DNA of 63,919 nucleotides, filler included, from Reclinomonas americana ATCC 50394 (Eukaryota), in NCBI GenBank assembly GCA_048213135.1. It is 5 parts of 4 records of this genome, joined end to end, with 100 filler letters (N's around TTAATTAATTAA, not from the genome) between each part and the next. Parts side by side here need not be neighbours in the genome. Positions count along the whole stretch, not along the records: positions 60,888 to 63,919 come from PS015353.1; 4 more parts are not named here. One strand, 5' to 3'. Position 1 is the first letter of the stretch. Each line of letters starts with the position of its first letter. The notes under the pieces are model-generated. The model was not told where the DNA came from and did not search any database. It saw only the letters and a list, made by a program, of their open reading frames with translations. The position numbers were made by a program, and so were the translations under genes. This document shows positions 60,920 to 63,919 of the stretch, piece by piece.

Positions 60920-63919
60920 CCAGGAGAAAACATGCCGGTAGCCGGGAAGTTGACAAACGAATACCCGGCGTCCAAAGTCGACGCAGGATACGATGTGGCA
61001 GCTCGAACTCCACCAAACACCTCCAGCGTCATGTCCGTCGACGACAGGGCCTCGTGCACACGGACACGTCCCGCGCCATCGACACCGTATCCAATGACCG
61101 CAAGATTAAAGTCGCCCACCGGATTCAGAGACAGCTTGAGACCGGAGGCTGTGAGAGCGCGATTGCTTGCTGCGCTGGCGGCCTGCGAGCCCAAACCGAG
61201 ACGAAGCGTCGATCCGCCGACGCTAAAGTCGCCGGATACGAGGACTGCAGTGCCCGTGTTCGGCGGCACCATTATGCGCCCGACGCCTTGATTCGACAAT
61301 GTCAATACGCTGCTGTCCGCCGCGGTGCCGCCTGTGCCACGCAACACAACGGAGTGAGCAGCAAGAAAAGCGTGGCATTGATGAAGTACCGTCGGTGGCA
61401 CGCACACGTACGTACCAATGGCAAACATGCCGGTGAGTGCGTCCGATTCGAAGGAATAGCCGGCATTCGAAGTCGACGGGTCGTTCGTCACGCCCTTGTT
61501 GACTCGCACGCCACCGGCCACGTCGATCTGAGCGCGTGGGTTCAAGTGACCAAAGCTGGTGTACCCGGTAAGCGGTTGGATTTTGAGAGCGCGATTGCCG
61601 ACTTGGAGGCCTGCACACACAAACACAGAGCGCACCATGGTTATACACACGCACACGCACATGTTGGCAAGCGTGGTGAGAAAAAGGACGTACCACCACT
61701 AAAGTCCTCCTGATAATTGAGCACCAGCGTCGGCTGTGTCGATGTGGCGTAGATGACTTGCATTGCTCGCGCAAGACCATACGAGTCCGCCAAGTTGGAG
61801 GTGGAGACCGAGTCCACGGCCTCTGAGCGGCGACCGAGAGCCAGAGTAGAGCCACCAATGTACGCGCTTCCATTTGCCACCATGTGCCAGTATTGAGTGT
61901 TGCTGCTGTCTTCTTTTGATACGCGCAGCATTTCGGTGCCGGTGACCACCAAACTCATAACAGGGTGAGTGGTGGGTGCTGCAACAGCGAGCGACGCAGA
62001 GGGTAGAAAGTGATGACAGTAATTGCGACCATGAGCAAGTGCGATGTTGCTGTGGCGCAAAAAGTACGAACCACGGGTCGATAGTGATCCGCCTCGAGTG
62101 CTCCCCGGCGCTGACCGAGACATTGCATCGGTGCTGCGGGGACTGGCTTCTGCGTCTACGGCGGACAGGAATAAACATGAACGTCAATACGAACACGTCA
62201 CCAACTGCAGCGAAGGAGCTGTGTGTGTGTGACACACCTCCACGGAAATGAGCACTCGGCTGAGACGCATCCATCGCGGTCTCCGACGTCGTTGTCACAG
62301 CACCGGAGGCGACCGACGGTGGGACACCGCCTGCGTTGAATGTTGACGAGGAGGACGATGATGATGATGATGATGATGAGGGTGAGGGTGACGGCACATG
62401 GCTACCGCGTGAGGAAATTGTAGGCGCATCGTGAGCTGGTCGGAGGGTGCACGTTGGTGACTGGCAGAGAGCGAGGAGCAACAGCAGATACGAAATGTAT
62501 ACCTCCCACAAATGCTGTGGAGCCAGAGCTCGCGCCTCGTTCGCTCGGTGCTGAAGGCACGGTGGTCGCCACCGGCGACGAGTTTGTGGTGGTCAACCGG
62601 CTGGCAAACAGACCGGTCGGAGACGCGGACGACGATGACGAGGCCGTATTGAACGTGTAGCCCACATTACCGCCCGAATCGGACGGAGTGCCACCATTGG
62701 CTTGTATGCCGCCGCCCACCTACATCAACGCGCACCATTAGCAATGCGCGCGTGGTGCACTGTGCAATCGGGACTGGGCGGACTTACATCTAGACTCTTG
62801 GTTGGATTGCTGGTTCCCACACCGACTCGCGAACTCGTTGCATCGACAACGAGTGAATTATTAGCTACAGTGAGATTACCGCTGACACTGTGGTGCGGGA
62901 AGCAGTCAGTATGTCAGCAAGGTGCGTGCCAGGAAATACACGCAAGCGAGACAACGCAACGTGGCGCTTGAATCGATTCGCACCGTATTGGACGTGGTGC
63001 TGTATGTCACTTGATCGCGATGTATGCGCCACACAAAGAAGAAGGCGATACCACAGCCGATGAGAAGCAGGACCCATGCGACCCACAGCCACGTGATGCA
63101 CAGCCGATGTCGCCGAGTCGGGGTGTCTTTTTCTGCTGCCGCCGCGGCTGCTCGTCGCAGGGCCACTGCGGCGGGCGGTGAAGCTGCCTGGAACGCCAAA
63201 TCGGGCGGTGATAGGGCAGCGGTGCGCGGGGTCATGCCCAGCGAGTCCGCCGAGGAGTCTTCGTCAAAATTCGGCGTGCGTGAACCGACGCCTGCGGTCA
63301 GACTGCGCGGGAAGTAGCGCACTTGCGGCGAGTAGATGGAGGGTGAGCGCGTCTCGCCGCCTTCCTCTGTCATGTGATTCGGGTGTGAGGCATGCAGGAG
63401 GAGGAGGAGGAGAGAGGTATGCATGAATGGTTTGTTTGGCGCACCTGCATACGGCGACATGAGACGATTGGGAAGCGGCGGTGACAGGCCCAGATACGCG
63501 TTGCTTTCGAGAGCTCCAGGTGGCTGAGGTGGCTGTTGGGGGAGAGGACACGGCATGCGAAGTGAGGCTTCACAACCACCAAACCAACAAAGGACGTGCA
63601 CGAAACTCTGGGCAGTGGCGGCAACGCAAACGTCGGCGGCAACTGGAACGAGATATCAGTGACCGGACGTGGACCCAGTCGCACGCCCCCACGCATCGCC
63701 TCTGCCGCCTGCTGCTGCTGCTGCTGCATGAGACCCGCATCACGCGCCGACAGACTCGCCGCAGTGAGCAGACCCGGCCGCAGCGGCACCACGCCCACTC
63801 CCGTCGACCCCGCCAGCGGCCGCCGCGCATGCGTATTCAACACCACAAACGGCCCATCGTCCTCCACCACCTTACCACGCGTGGTGCGTCGTCGTCCCTC
63901 TTCCTCCTCCGACGACGCT
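60920..63919 (-). CDS. Single-pass membrane protein with phage tail-fibre-like beta repeats (partial at both ends)
   Basis: Pro/Ser-rich N-region, then TM LCITWLWVAWVLLLIGCGIAFFFVW. This is followed by RVGVGTSNPTKSLD|VGG, GHLNPRAQIDVAGG, three GY(T/S)F...TG(L/M)F and two GGSTL.LG...RA...L.LN...DF repeats. Spliceosomal introns are present. Confidence 0.75.

Overview
Intron-rich, GC-rich eukaryotic genomic DNA, probably from a flagellated protist (inferred from SPAG6/PF16 homology). It carries many (AG)n/(TG)n microsatellites, N-gaps and four artificial TTAATTAATTAA contig linkers. Hand splicing recovers these genes: an ERCC6L2/Rad26L-like SNF2 helicase, a COA3-like gene, a proline-rich gene, NOP2, a COPI-associated/TVP15-like gene, a SUC/SLC45-like MFS transporter, a Cys-rich lipid-kinase-like gene, a TEY-type MAPK, and a single-pass membrane protein with phage tail-fibre-like repeats. 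Positions 18.1-42.9 kb hold a ~9-9.6 kb unit repeated three times in tandem. The unit contains an NLR-like gene, a chimeric COA3-exon/SPAG6 pseudogene and a GT61 glycosyltransferase (third GT61 copy lost at the contig end). Two signals stand out. (1) About 17-18 distinct introns in 10 unrelated genes use a 5' splice site with one extra base at +3 (GTTGCGT, GTTTCGT, GTTGAGT, GTTATGT, GTTACGC) and mostly lack the exonic -1 G. Shifted-register donors, rare in humans, therefore look like a major intron class here. (2) The NLR-like protein has the architecture DZIP3-type HEPN-like / NB-ARC / kinesin-light-chain-type TPR / (polyQ) / CaaX, with hypervariable TPRs and a different lesion in each copy. 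Gene models are manual and unverified by RNA or database searches.
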